This document shows, piece after piece, positions 25,552 to 34,607 of a stretch of 64,000 bases of DNA; the first letter of the stretch is position 1; every line of letters begins with the position of its first letter. The position numbers and the translations under genes were made by a program. Source of the stretch: Alphaproteobacteria bacterium (GTDB lineage: Bacteria; Pseudomonadota; Alphaproteobacteria; GCA-2731375); the NCBI GenBank assembly GCA_965232515.1, contig CBDDPY010000002.1, forward strand, positions 3,808,001-3,872,000, written 5' to 3'. The notes under the pieces were generated by a model. That model did no database searches, had not been told where the DNA came from, and worked only from the letters and a program-made list of their open reading frames with translations.

Positions 25552-27634
25552 TGTCCGTCGCTCCCGTTTGGTTGAGCCTGATCATGTAGTTCCCATAGGG
25601 ATCGACCTCGAGCACATCCTGGTGGCCGACCAGGACGGTCGTTGTCTGCTCTTCGACAAGAGCCGGCCCCGCCACCCTGTGACCGGACCGAAGTGCATTG
25701 CCGTCATAGACCGCAAGCTCTTCCCGCCCTCGCACCTGGTCGACATAGACGTCGCGGTGCTCGACCGGCGCCGGCTCATCGTCGCAGCCGGCAAACGTCT
25801 GCAAGCCGATCTTGGGCAAGTGGCCGGTGGCGACGACGCGCAGATTGTTGATCTGGATCTGTCCGTCGGGCTGGGTATAGCCATAGAGGCGCAGAAACTC
25901 GCGTTCGAACCGCTCGTGCACGGCGCCGCTGTCCTGCCAGATGTCGGACACGGAGACTTTTACGGGCCACTGCTGGCCGGCATATTTTAGATCGAGAAGC
26001 CGCTCGAACGCCGTGTGAGCGCCGTCAAACCCTTCGTTGTTCAAGAGCGATTGAGCCTCGGCTTCGAGTGAAGCGAACGCAGCCGCCAGCTCTCTCCCGC
26101 TTCCGCCATTCAGCTCTTGCAGGCGTGATTGCACATAGTCGTGGCGGATATCCGTGTTGCACATGCCGAAAGCACAGAACACGCCGGCGAGCTTGGGGAC
26201 AAAAACGGCATTGCACCCGAGTTCGCGCGCAACGGACGCGCCGTGCAGGGCCCCGGCCCCGCCGCCGGCCACCAGGACGAAGTCCTTGGGATCGCAGCCT
26301 CGTTCGCTGCTCATTCGCTCGAGCGCATGCAGAACGCTTTGCTCCGCCATGCGGATGATGCCGGCGGCCGCATCTGTGACGTCCAAGCCGAGCGGATCCG
26401 CCACCTCGTCGCGGACGGCACGAACCGCCAGGTCGGAATCGAGCTCGATCAAGCCGCCGGCGTAGCGGCCGGACCTGAGGCGCCCCAGCACGACCTGCGC
26501 ATCGGTCACCGTCGGCGCGTCGCCGCCCAGGCCGTAGCAGGCGGGGCCCGGTCGGGCGCCGGCGCCTTGGGGGCCGACATAGAGCATGCCGCCGGCATCG
26601 ATACCGGCAATGGTGCCGCCACCGGTACCGACGGTATGGATTTCGGTGGCGGGCATCACGGCATCGTAGCCGCCTACCGAAATACGGTCGGTTTCGGCAA
26701 CATGGCCGCCTCGCACAAGCGTCACATCGCAGCTCGTGCCGCCGATCTCCATTGAAATGAGATCCGAAGAACCGCAGGCATCGCTGAAGAAACGCAGCGC
26801 GCCAACCCCGGCCGCCGGACCGGACAACAGCAGCGCAACCGGGCGCGCGTCGATCTGATCGACCGACACCGCGCCCCCATTGCTCTGGATCAGCAGCAGT
26901 CGGCCTGGCAGTCCCATGGTGCGCAGACGATCATCCAGATCGCGCAGATAAGGCACGACCTTGGGGGCGATGTAGGCGTTGACCGTCGTCGTTGAGCTGC
27001 GCTCGTATTCACCGATGACGGGGGCGATCTGCGACGAGCGGCAGACCCACACCCCCGGCCATGCCGACCGAATCCAGCTCTCGCACTCGCGCTCGTGCGC
27101 GTCGTTGAGGAAGCTGTTCAGGAAACAGATGGCAATCGACTCGACGTTCTCGCGCTGAAAGACCTCGAGTGCCTCCGCAACCGCGCCGAGATCCAATGGC
27201 ACAATCGACCGACCGTCCCGGTCGATCCGCTCGCTCACCGGCCGGCGCAGCTTGCGGGGCACCATGACCGCCGGCCAGGGACTGCGGTGATCCCACATAT
27301 CGGCCCGCAGGCCCCGCCTTATCTCAAGGCTGTCGCGAAAGCCCCGCGTCGCAAGCAACCCGACCTTGGCGCCCTTGCCCTCAAGGACCGTGTTTGTTGC
27401 GATTGTTGTGCCGTGGACGAAGTGACTGCAACGTCCGAGTATCTCGCCCAAGCCAAGGCCGAAAGATGCGCTACTCCGCTCCAGGGCCGCCAGCACGCCT
27501 CGGGCCGGATCCATGGGATCGGTCGGCACCTTGACGGCGTGAACGCCGCCGTCCTGATCGACGATGACAAGATCGGTGAACGTGCCGCCGATATCGACGC
27601 CGATGCGCCAGGATCCGTCTTCTGAAGAAGTCAT
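25541..27634 (-). CDS. Hydantoinase A / 5-oxoprolinase-type ATP-binding subunit
   Basis: GVDIGGTFTD, HGTTIATN, LLSGPAAG, EIGGTSCD and GARPGPACYG motifs. Confidence 0.93.
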   Translation of the reverse strand: MTSSEDGSWRIGVDIGGTFTDLVIVDQDGGVHAVKVPTDPMDPARGVLAALERSSASFGLGLGEILGRCSHFVHGTTIATNTVLEGKGAKVGLLATRGFRDSLEIRRGLRADMWDHRSPWPAVMVPRKLRRPVSERIDRDGRSIVPLDLGAVAEALEVFQRENVESIAICFLNSFLNDAHERECESWIRSAWPGVWVCRSSQIAPVIGEYERSSTTTVNAYIAPKVVPYLRDLDDRLRTMGLPGRLLLIQSNGGAVSVDQIDARPVALLLSGPAAGVGALRFFSDACGSSDLISMEIGGTSCDVTLVRGGHVAETDRISVGGYDAVMPATEIHTVGTGGGTIAGIDAGGMLYVGPQGAGARPGPACYGLGGDAPTVTDAQVVLGRLRSGRYAGGLIELDSDLAVRAVRDEVADPLGLDVTDAAAGIIRMAEQSVLHALERMSSERGCDPKDFVLVAGGGAGALHGASVARELGCNAVFVPKLAGVFCAFGMCNTDIRHDYVQSRLQELNGGSGRELAAAFASLEAEAQSLLNNEGFDGAHTAFERLLDLKYAGQQWPVKVSVSDIWQDSGAVHERFEREFLRLYGYTQPDGQIQINNLRVVATGHLPKIGLQTFAGCDDEPAPVEHRDVYVDQVRGREELAVYDGNALRSGHRVAGPALVEEQTTTVLVGHQDVLEVDPYGNYMIRLNQTGATDNVQ

Positions 27635-27694
27635 TCAAACCCACTTCCGCCGCCGGGGCCGTCGACCGGTGGTCCGGCCGCGTCGTTCAATCAA

Positions 27695-27710
27695 GTGTTA
27701 TACCAAATAA
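27695..27710 (-). promoter_or_regulatory. Candidate GntR operator / promoter box (copy 1, upstream of hydantoinase A)
   Basis: TTATTTGGTATAACAC on the minus strand; 15/16 identical to 28676-28691. Confidence 0.6.
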
Positions 27711-27900
27711 CGATCGATGCCAAGTCCGTTGCCGGGATGCGATTCTCCTGCCGATGTGAAGCCGGCCGAAGATAGGGAAAAGACACGGGACAAACCGTCC
27801 GATCGAGCCGAAGGAGGTCGCACGGCCTTCGATGCCAGCTGTCCGACCGACGGCGAACGAAGAAACGGCAGCATCTCTCATACAATCAAAAATTGCGAAT

Positions 27901-28587
27901 TCAGGCACTCTCCAGCTGATCGATCTTTCTGATCAGATGGTCGGCTCCCTCACTCAAATCGGCCGTCATGGCATCGCGCAGCGCTTTCCCATCGCCGGCG
28001 CGCAGGGCCCTGATCGCATCCTCGTGATGCCGAACCGTCTTCCGGTCAAACGTGAATTCCGGATAAAGCAGATTCAACACGGGCCCCATTCTGAGCCATA
28101 GGGTTTCGATCATGTGCACCAGCATCGGCCGTCCGGACGCACGATAAATCGTGAAATGGAACTCTTCATTGGTGCTCAGTACGGTCTTGAAATCCCTGCG
28201 TTCCCTGGCCGCGACGAGCGTTAACTGGCACTGAGCCAGGCGCTGGATACCAGCCGCATCGATATTGCCTGCGGCCGCTTCCGCGGCCATGCCCTCCAGC
28301 GCGATCCGGATTTCGTAGATCTCGGCAACCCGGCCTTTGTCCAACTTCGGCACGAGGGCAGAGCGGTTGCCGTCGAAGTCCAGCGCCCGTTCGGCGACAA
28401 GACGGCCAATGGCTTCCCGCGCCGGAGTCGGGCTTATCCCAAGCGCCGCCGCGATGTTTCGCGTCGTAATCTTCTGCCCCGGAGCAAAAGCACCGGACAT
28501 AAGGGCTGTTTTCAACCTTTGATAGGCTTGTTCCGTAAGCGTCTCGGACCGTTCCATGGGGTCGAACTGGGGGGAAGAGATTGACAT
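27901..28587 (-). CDS. GntR (FCD) family transcriptional regulator
   Basis: TLTEQAYQRLK...LGISPTPAREAI wHTH and NEEFHFTIY FCD domain. Start is 28587 or 28557. Confidence 0.92.
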   Translation of the reverse strand: MSISSPQFDPMERSETLTEQAYQRLKTALMSGAFAPGQKITTRNIAAALGISPTPAREAIGRLVAERALDFDGNRSALVPKLDKGRVAEIYEIRIALEGMAAEAAAGNIDAAGIQRLAQCQLTLVAARERRDFKTVLSTNEEFHFTIYRASGRPMLVHMIETLWLRMGPVLNLLYPEFTFDRKTVRHHEDAIRALRAGDGKALRDAMTADLSEGADHLIRKIDQLESA

Positions 28588-28675
28588 TGTTCCTCGCATT
28601 ACCTGGGCGGCGCGCCAACCGATGCAACGGTCGCAGTCCATCCTAACATGAGCACTTGACTCAAAAAATTATTGA

Positions 28676-28691
28676 TTATTTGATATAACAC
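28676..28691 (+). promoter_or_regulatory. Candidate GntR operator / promoter box (copy 2, upstream of ABC SBP)
   Basis: TTATTTGATATAACAC, with a TTGACT -35-like hexamer at 28656-28661. Confidence 0.6.
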
Positions 28692-28755
28692 ATAACACGA
28701 GGCCAACGGTCAGAGCCTCGATGCATTCAAACAAATCGAACGGGGAGATCGGGAA

Positions 28756-30012
28756 ATGAGACTTAGAAGCGCCACTGCGGCAGCCGCCATGCTGACGGCT
28801 TTGGGTTCGATGTCAGCCGTCGCGGGCAGTGCCCAGGCGGCGGAATCCCTCAAGATAGCTGTTATCGAGTCGTTGAGCGGTCCTGGCTCCACGACAAGCC
28901 GGCTTTTTGCGGTTGCGACCAGATACTGGGTCGATGACGTCAACGCCAGAGGCGGCTGGAACGGTTCACCGATCGAATATCTGGAGTACGACAGCCAAGG
29001 AAGCACGTCGGTCGCCGCCGAGAAAGCCGGCGCAGCGATCCAGGATGGCGCGCACATCATCATCAGCGCCGGCAGTTCCGCCATCGCAGGACAACTCACC
29101 GAGGACGTCCGCAAACACAACCTGCGGAACGCGGATCGACCGGTCATGTACATCAACCCGGGATCGGAAGCGCTCGAGCTCACCGGCAGCAAATGCCATT
29201 TCTATTTCTTCCGGTTCGCCACCAATGCCGAGATGCGCGTCAAGGCCATGGTTATCGCCATGAAGGATGCCGGCGATCTTGGCAGCAAGGTGTTCTCGAT
29301 CAACCAAAACTACTCCTGGGGCAAGGACATGCAGAATGTCACGCAATCCCATGAAGGTCTTGGCGGGTATACGGTCGTCGACACCGTTCTGCATGACGTC
29401 AACAAGATCCAAGATTTCAGCCCCTACGTCGCCCGCATCAGCGCCTCCGGCGCCGACACGGTGATTACCGGCAACTGGGGCAGCGACCTGCTGCTGCTTC
29501 TGAAGGCCGTGTCCTCGGCCGGCCTGGATGTTCAGTTCGGCACCATGTTCCTCGACCTGCCGGGCAACCTCGCAAGCGCCGGCGACGCTGCCGTTGGCTA
29601 CTACACCGTGCAGAGCTTCAACGCGGAGGCCGGCGGCGCCGACGGCCGGACGATCTCCGATACCTATGAAGCGAAAGTCGGGACGGCGCCGACGGCCAGT
29701 GAAGTCAGGACCTTGTTCGCGCTGCAGATGCTCGAGGCCGCGCTCGCCAACGTCGAGACCGGCGGCAAGGTCGATGTCACCGAGATCGCGCTGGCGACCG
29801 AAAAGGCCCGGATCGATACGCCGATTGGCGAGATTAGCATGCGCGCGGCGGATCATCAGGCGGTGGTGCCAATGGTGGTCGCGCGTGTCAGCAAGGAGGC
29901 CGCGTTCAAGGTGGATGGCACGGACATGGGCTTTAAGCCGATCAAAGTCATTCCAGGTCCGAGTGGCGTCAGCGCCGTGCAGGAATCCTGCTCGATGAAA
30001 CGGCCGTCTTGA
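28756..30012 (+). CDS. Liv/HAAT-type ABC transporter substrate-binding protein
   Basis: Signal peptide, ESLSGP, NQNYSWGKD and ITGNWGSDL motifs; GGGGAG RBS. Confidence 0.9.
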   Translation: MRLRSATAAAAMLTALGSMSAVAGSAQAAESLKIAVIESLSGPGSTTSRLFAVATRYWVDDVNARGGWNGSPIEYLEYDSQGSTSVAAEKAGAAIQDGAHIIISAGSSAIAGQLTEDVRKHNLRNADRPVMYINPGSEALELTGSKCHFYFFRFATNAEMRVKAMVIAMKDAGDLGSKVFSINQNYSWGKDMQNVTQSHEGLGGYTVVDTVLHDVNKIQDFSPYVARISASGADTVITGNWGSDLLLLLKAVSSAGLDVQFGTMFLDLPGNLASAGDAAVGYYTVQSFNAEAGGADGRTISDTYEAKVGTAPTASEVRTLFALQMLEAALANVETGGKVDVTEIALATEKARIDTPIGEISMRAADHQAVVPMVVARVSKEAAFKVDGTDMGFKPIKVIPGPSGVSAVQESCSMKRPS

Positions 30013-30180
30013 CACGCGCAACGGCGGTCAAGCGGGAAAGAACTGCTGCTTCCGCCCGATGATCAGGACCTCCTGATCGACCTGCCGAAGCCGAGCAAAA
30101 ACTTCTGACGCCCGGTGGTGGCTTGTGAAAGCAGGCCGCCACCCGTTGCTCAACGATCGCCGAACGTGGGGTGCGTAAAC

Positions 30181-31122
30181 ATGGATTTCGTCGTGGTCTC
30201 GCTGTTGAACGGCGTCATCTATGGGCTGCTGCTCTTTATGGTGTCAGCCGGCCTGACACTCATCTTCGGAATGATGGGGGTCCTGAACTTCGCCCATGCC
30301 TCGTTCTACATGCTGGGCGCTTATTTCGGCTACGCGATCTCGCGCCTCACCGGCTTCTGGCCGGCGATCGTCCTGTCGCCATTGCTGGTCGCCATCATCG
30401 GCGCGTTCGTCGAGCGCTTTATGCTGCGGACCGTGCACCGGCATGGCCATGCGCAGGAGCTGCTGCTCACCTTCGGCTTGTTTTTCATCTTCGAAGAACT
30501 GGTCAAGCTGTTTTTCGGCTTCTATCCCGTTTCCTACGCGGCGCCGCAGGCGTTGTCCTTTACCGCCTTCAACATCTTCGGTCTCGATTATCCGTTCTAC
30601 CGTCTGTTCATTGGCCTGGTCGCGATTGCCATGTTCACGGCGATTTTCCTGCTTCTCAGGTTCACCCGCGCCGGACTGATCGTCAGGGCGGCGGTCTACC
30701 GACCTCAAATGGTCGAAGGCCTTGGCCACAATGTGCCCTTCGTCTTCCTGGGCGTCTTCGCCATGGGCGCCGCCATGGCCGGACTTGCCGGCGCGGTGGC
30801 CGGAACGTTCTATCCGACCAGCCCGACCATGGCGCAGGAGCTTGGAATCATCGTTTTTGTCGTTGTGGTCGTTGGCGGCCTGGGCTCGGTCGAAGGCGCC
30901 CTTGTCGCGTCGCTCCTCATCGGCGTCTTCAGCAGTTTCGCGGTGGGGCTGGACTGGACCCTGGCCCAGGCGCTCCACCCGATCGGACTGCAAGGCTGGG
31001 CCGAAGGCGTCGGCGGCATCCTCACGGTCAAGCTGGCCACCGTCGCCGGTGCCGTACCCTACTTCATCATGCTTCTCGTACTTCTGCTGCGTCCCGCCGG
31101 CCTTCTGGGGGAACGCGTCTGA
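30181..31122 (+). CDS. Liv-type ABC permease (LivH-like)
   Basis: GLTLIFGMMGVLNFAHASFYMLGAY, VVVVGGLGS and RPAGLLG motifs. Confidence 0.92.
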   Translation: MDFVVVSLLNGVIYGLLLFMVSAGLTLIFGMMGVLNFAHASFYMLGAYFGYAISRLTGFWPAIVLSPLLVAIIGAFVERFMLRTVHRHGHAQELLLTFGLFFIFEELVKLFFGFYPVSYAAPQALSFTAFNIFGLDYPFYRLFIGLVAIAMFTAIFLLLRFTRAGLIVRAAVYRPQMVEGLGHNVPFVFLGVFAMGAAMAGLAGAVAGTFYPTSPTMAQELGIIVFVVVVVGGLGSVEGALVASLLIGVFSSFAVGLDWTLAQALHPIGLQGWAEGVGGILTVKLATVAGAVPYFIMLLVLLLRPAGLLGERV

Positions 31123-32435
31123 TGTCCGAGCTCTCGAAAGCGGCCGCCGGCCTATCACGCCCCTCTCTGGTCAATCGTCTCGGCGCTGCGCCGGTCGCCA
31201 TCGTTGCCGCGATCGCCGGTCTTATCCTGCTGCCGTTGGTGCTCGACGACCGATATGTCGGCACGCTGATCAAGATGCTCGCGGCGTCGCTTTTCGCCTT
31301 GGCCTTCAACATCCTCTGGCGTCAGACCAAGCTGTTGTCGTTCGGTCACGCGGCCTATTTCGGCATTGGAATGTTCGCCGTCGTGCATTTGATGCGGGCG
31401 ATCGAGGCTCAGAGCATCACGCTGCCGTTGCCGCTCGTGCCGCTCGCGGGTCTGTTTGCGGGACTCGCGTTCGGATGGATTGCCGGCTTCTTCGCGACCA
31501 TACGCACCGGCACCTACTTCGCCATGGTGACCCTGGCGATTGCCGAGCTGATCCACCAGTTGGCGCCTCAATGGGAAGGCGTCTTCGGCGGCGAGGCAGG
31601 CCTGTCGTCGATGCGCATGCCCTGGGCCGGCCTCAGCTTCGGCTCGGACATCGAGGTCTATTACCTCGTGCTGGTCTGGTTCGTCCTGGCGGTTGCCGCG
31701 ATGTATTTCTTCACCAAGACACCGCTCGGCCGGCTGGCCTTCGCGCTGGGTGACAACGAACTCCGGATACGGTTTCTCGGCTATAACACCCACGCCATGA
31801 AGACGCGCGTCTTCGCGGTGTCCGGCATGTTCGCGGGCTTGGCCGGCGGTCTGCTGGCGCTATCCAACGAGAATGTCGACCACACCATATTCAATGCCTT
31901 CGTCTCGGGCTCGGCTGTCATCCACACCTTTGTCGGCGGCGCCGGCGTCTTCTTTGGCCCCGTTATCGGCGCGGCCGGACTGACCTTCTTCGGCTTTGTG
32001 GTGTCGGATGCGACACGCCTCTGGATTCTCTATCAGGGGATCATCTTCGTCTTGGTCGTCATGTACGCGCCGCAGGGCATCGGCGGCGTGATCGTCGACC
32101 ACCTGGCGCCATGGCGACGGAGAACGCTGCATGGCTTGGTGGGCCCCTATCTCATCGCGCTGCTCGCGGCATCGAGTCTGGCCGGCGGCGCCGTCTTCCT
32201 CTTTGAATACCTCGCGCGCCTGTTTTCCGACCCTTATGGCATCCAGGCCGCGTGGACGAAGACGCTGCCTGTCGTCGAGCTCTTCGGTGTCACCTGGTCG
32301 CATACGTCGCCAATCACCTGGCTGGTGCCGGCCATCCTGTTCGCCGTCGGTTGCCTGCTTCTCCGCAGCGCTGTCAGGCGGATCAGAGAGGTCTGGGCAC
32401 GAATAAAGGCCGACAGCCTCGGAGAAGGCGAATGA
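31122..32435 (+). CDS. Liv-type ABC permease (LivM-like, long form)
   Basis: LSFGHAAYFG, YFAMVTLA and FFGPVIGA motifs; TGATG coupling with the upstream gene. Confidence 0.9.
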   Translation: MSELSKAAAGLSRPSLVNRLGAAPVAIVAAIAGLILLPLVLDDRYVGTLIKMLAASLFALAFNILWRQTKLLSFGHAAYFGIGMFAVVHLMRAIEAQSITLPLPLVPLAGLFAGLAFGWIAGFFATIRTGTYFAMVTLAIAELIHQLAPQWEGVFGGEAGLSSMRMPWAGLSFGSDIEVYYLVLVWFVLAVAAMYFFTKTPLGRLAFALGDNELRIRFLGYNTHAMKTRVFAVSGMFAGLAGGLLALSNENVDHTIFNAFVSGSAVIHTFVGGAGVFFGPVIGAAGLTFFGFVVSDATRLWILYQGIIFVLVVMYAPQGIGGVIVDHLAPWRRRTLHGLVGPYLIALLAASSLAGGAVFLFEYLARLFSDPYGIQAAWTKTLPVVELFGVTWSHTSPITWLVPAILFAVGCLLLRSAVRRIREVWARIKADSLGEGE

Positions 32436-33184
32436 ACGCGCCCATACTGCGACTGAACGATGTCCGGAAGTCGTTTGGCGATCTGGAGATCATCCGCGGC
32501 ACCAATCTCGACGTGCGTCCCGCGGAGCGCCACGCGCTCATCGGCCCGAACGGCGCCGGAAAATCGACCATCTTCAACCTGATCTCCGGCTTGTTTCCCC
32601 CGAGCGCGGGACAAATCCTGCTCCGCGACCGGCGGATCGACGGGCGCAAGCCCGAGGACATCAACAAGATGGGGCTCGGTCGGTCCTTTCAGATCACCAG
32701 CATCTTCGAACGCCTATCGGTCTTCGAGAATTTGCGGATTGGCCTCATGCCACGTTTCGGCGTGCGCGGTTCCTTTATCCGGCCATTGGATTCGATCCGG
32801 GCCGTCACGGAGGAAACCGAGAAGCTGATGGAAACCATCCGTTTGACCAACAGACAGGATGTTCCCGCCGGCGAGCTCCCCTATTCCGAACAGCGTGCGC
32901 TGGAAATCGGCCTCACGCTGGCAACCGATCCGGATGTCATCCTGCTGGACGAACCCACGTCCGGCATGTCGCGGGAAGAAGCGGCGTATGCGGTCGATTT
33001 GATCCGCACCGTAACGGAAGGCAAGACGCTGTTGGTGGTCGAGCACGACATGGACGTGGTTTTCAAGCTGTGCGACCGGATCTCGGTCCTGGTCTACGGC
33101 GAGGTTATCGCCACCGACCGTCCGGATGCGATCCGCAACAACGCCGCCGTGCAACAGGCCTATCTCGGGGAGAGCGGGTCGTGA
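32432..33184 (+). CDS. Liv-type ABC ATP-binding protein (LivG-like)
   Basis: GPNGAGKS Walker A, ILLDEP and VEHDM motifs; ATGA overlap. Confidence 0.93.
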   Translation: MNAPILRLNDVRKSFGDLEIIRGTNLDVRPAERHALIGPNGAGKSTIFNLISGLFPPSAGQILLRDRRIDGRKPEDINKMGLGRSFQITSIFERLSVFENLRIGLMPRFGVRGSFIRPLDSIRAVTEETEKLMETIRLTNRQDVPAGELPYSEQRALEIGLTLATDPDVILLDEPTSGMSREEAAYAVDLIRTVTEGKTLLVVEHDMDVVFKLCDRISVLVYGEVIATDRPDAIRNNAAVQQAYLGESGS

Positions 33185-33891
33185 TGCTGTTGCAGGTCGA
33201 AGGGATCCATGCCCACTACGGCAAGAGCCACGTTCTCCACGGCGCCAGCTTCTGCGTCGACCGTGGCCAGATCGTCAGTGTCATCGGACGCAACGGCTCC
33301 GGCCGGTCGACGATGATCAAGGCCATTGTCGGAATTGTTAAGCCGAGCCGAGGCTCGGTCAGGCTCGATGGGATCGAGCAGTCGGGCCGGCAGACCTTTG
33401 ACATTGTCCGCGATGGCATCGCGTTCGTGCCGGAGGAACGGCTTGTCTTCAACAACCTGACCGTCGAGGAAAACCTGTTGCTAGGACGGCAACCGGCGCC
33501 GGCGGACCATGCCGTCTGGACCGTCGAGCAGATGTACGACTACTTCCCGTCGCTGCGCGAACGCCACAACACCAACGCGGGTCATTTGTCCGGCGGCGAA
33601 CAGCAGATGTTGACCATCTGTCGTTCCTTGCTGGGCAACCCGAAGATCATCTTGATCGACGAACCGACCGAAGGTCTGGCCCCCAAAATCGTCGACCGGG
33701 TCGTCGAGGTCATACGGGACATCCAACGTCATGGCATTGCCGTCGTCCTGGTCGAGCAGAAGATGACCATCGCGCTTGAGATCAGCGATGAGGTCAACGT
33801 GATGGGCCACGGACAGATCGTCTTCACCGGCACGCCCGATGAAATGCGCGCCAGCGACGATGTGCGGCAGAAGTGGCTGGAGGTGTCTTAG
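33184..33891 (+). CDS. Liv-type ABC ATP-binding protein (LivF-like)
   Basis: GRNGSGRS Walker A variant, LSGGEQQML and IDEPTEGLAP motifs. Start is ATG 33184 or GTG 33181. Confidence 0.93.
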   Translation: MLLQVEGIHAHYGKSHVLHGASFCVDRGQIVSVIGRNGSGRSTMIKAIVGIVKPSRGSVRLDGIEQSGRQTFDIVRDGIAFVPEERLVFNNLTVEENLLLGRQPAPADHAVWTVEQMYDYFPSLRERHNTNAGHLSGGEQQMLTICRSLLGNPKIILIDEPTEGLAPKIVDRVVEVIRDIQRHGIAVVLVEQKMTIALEISDEVNVMGHGQIVFTGTPDEMRASDDVRQKWLEVS

Positions 33892-33993
33892 TCGTCGCCC
33901 ACCGTCATCGCGGCGCGGCCTCAGACACCGTCGAAGCAAATCGGCTAGAGACAGCTCGAAAGCAAATCTCCTATACGCCAACAGCTTAAGTGG

Positions 33994-34084
33994 TGGCGGA
34001 GGGAGTGGGATTCGAACCCACGATACGGTTTTGCCGTATACACACTTTCCAGGCGTGCGCCTTCGACCACTCGGCCATCCCTCC
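33994..34084 (-). tRNA. tRNA-Ser (anticodon GGA)
   Basis: Minus strand reads GGAGGGATGGCCGAGTGG...CACGC-CTGGAAA-GTGTG, long variable arm, GGTTCGAATCC, TCCCTCCGCCA. Confidence 0.97.
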
Positions 34085-34273
34085 GCGGGCGCCGGCAAGA
34101 TATCGCAGCATATGTCGGCCGGGCAACGGCGGATTGCGGTGGCCGTCGATGGCGTTCCGCTTGCCCGTCGTTCCCGATTTGACACAGAGCCGCCGCTTCG
34201 CACAAGGTACGTGCCACATGCCGAGCAATTGCAGACACCCCGCGCCCTCCGGCATCCCGGCCGTGGCGATTTA

Positions 34274-34582
34274 ATGCCGGGCCGTATCATCGGGGTCGTG
34301 TTCGCGGCGCTCGCCCTGCTGGCGGCCGGCGGCGAGGTAGTGATGTCTCTGGAGGCCGGTGGCTGGCGGCCGCTGGCGCTCGGCCTGCTCTGGTACCGGA
34401 TCGATCCCGGCAGCTTGAATCTGTTGCAGGCCGGCGTCGAGCGGCATCTCAGCCCGACGCTGTGGGACCCGGTACTGGTGACCATCCTGCAGGCGCCGAC
34501 CTGGCTGATCCTGGGCCTGATCGCGATCCTGTTGCTCTATCTGTTCCGCCGACGACAGCCGAAACGCTGGTTCAGCAAGTAG
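34274..34582 (+). CDS. Small hypothetical membrane protein
   Basis: 102 aa with two hydrophobic segments and GC-rich codon usage; TTGACA at 34179-34184 upstream. Confidence 0.7.
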   Translation: MPGRIIGVVFAALALLAAGGEVVMSLEAGGWRPLALGLLWYRIDPGSLNLLQAGVERHLSPTLWDPVLVTILQAPTWLILGLIAILLLYLFRRRQPKRWFSK

Positions 34583-34607
34583 CCAGGCCGTCGACCGGGC
34601 CTCGCCG

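Noticed and set aside
30171-32435. 754-aa ORF suggesting a fused or extended permease
   Set aside because: The upstream part is an off-frame overlap of the LivH-like gene. The real start is the TGATG-coupled ATG at 31122.
33991-33996. Genome-encoded CCACCA at the tRNA-Ser 3' end as a degradation tag
   Set aside because: CCACCA tagging is post-transcriptional and encoded trailer bases are normally trimmed, so this is most likely coincidental.
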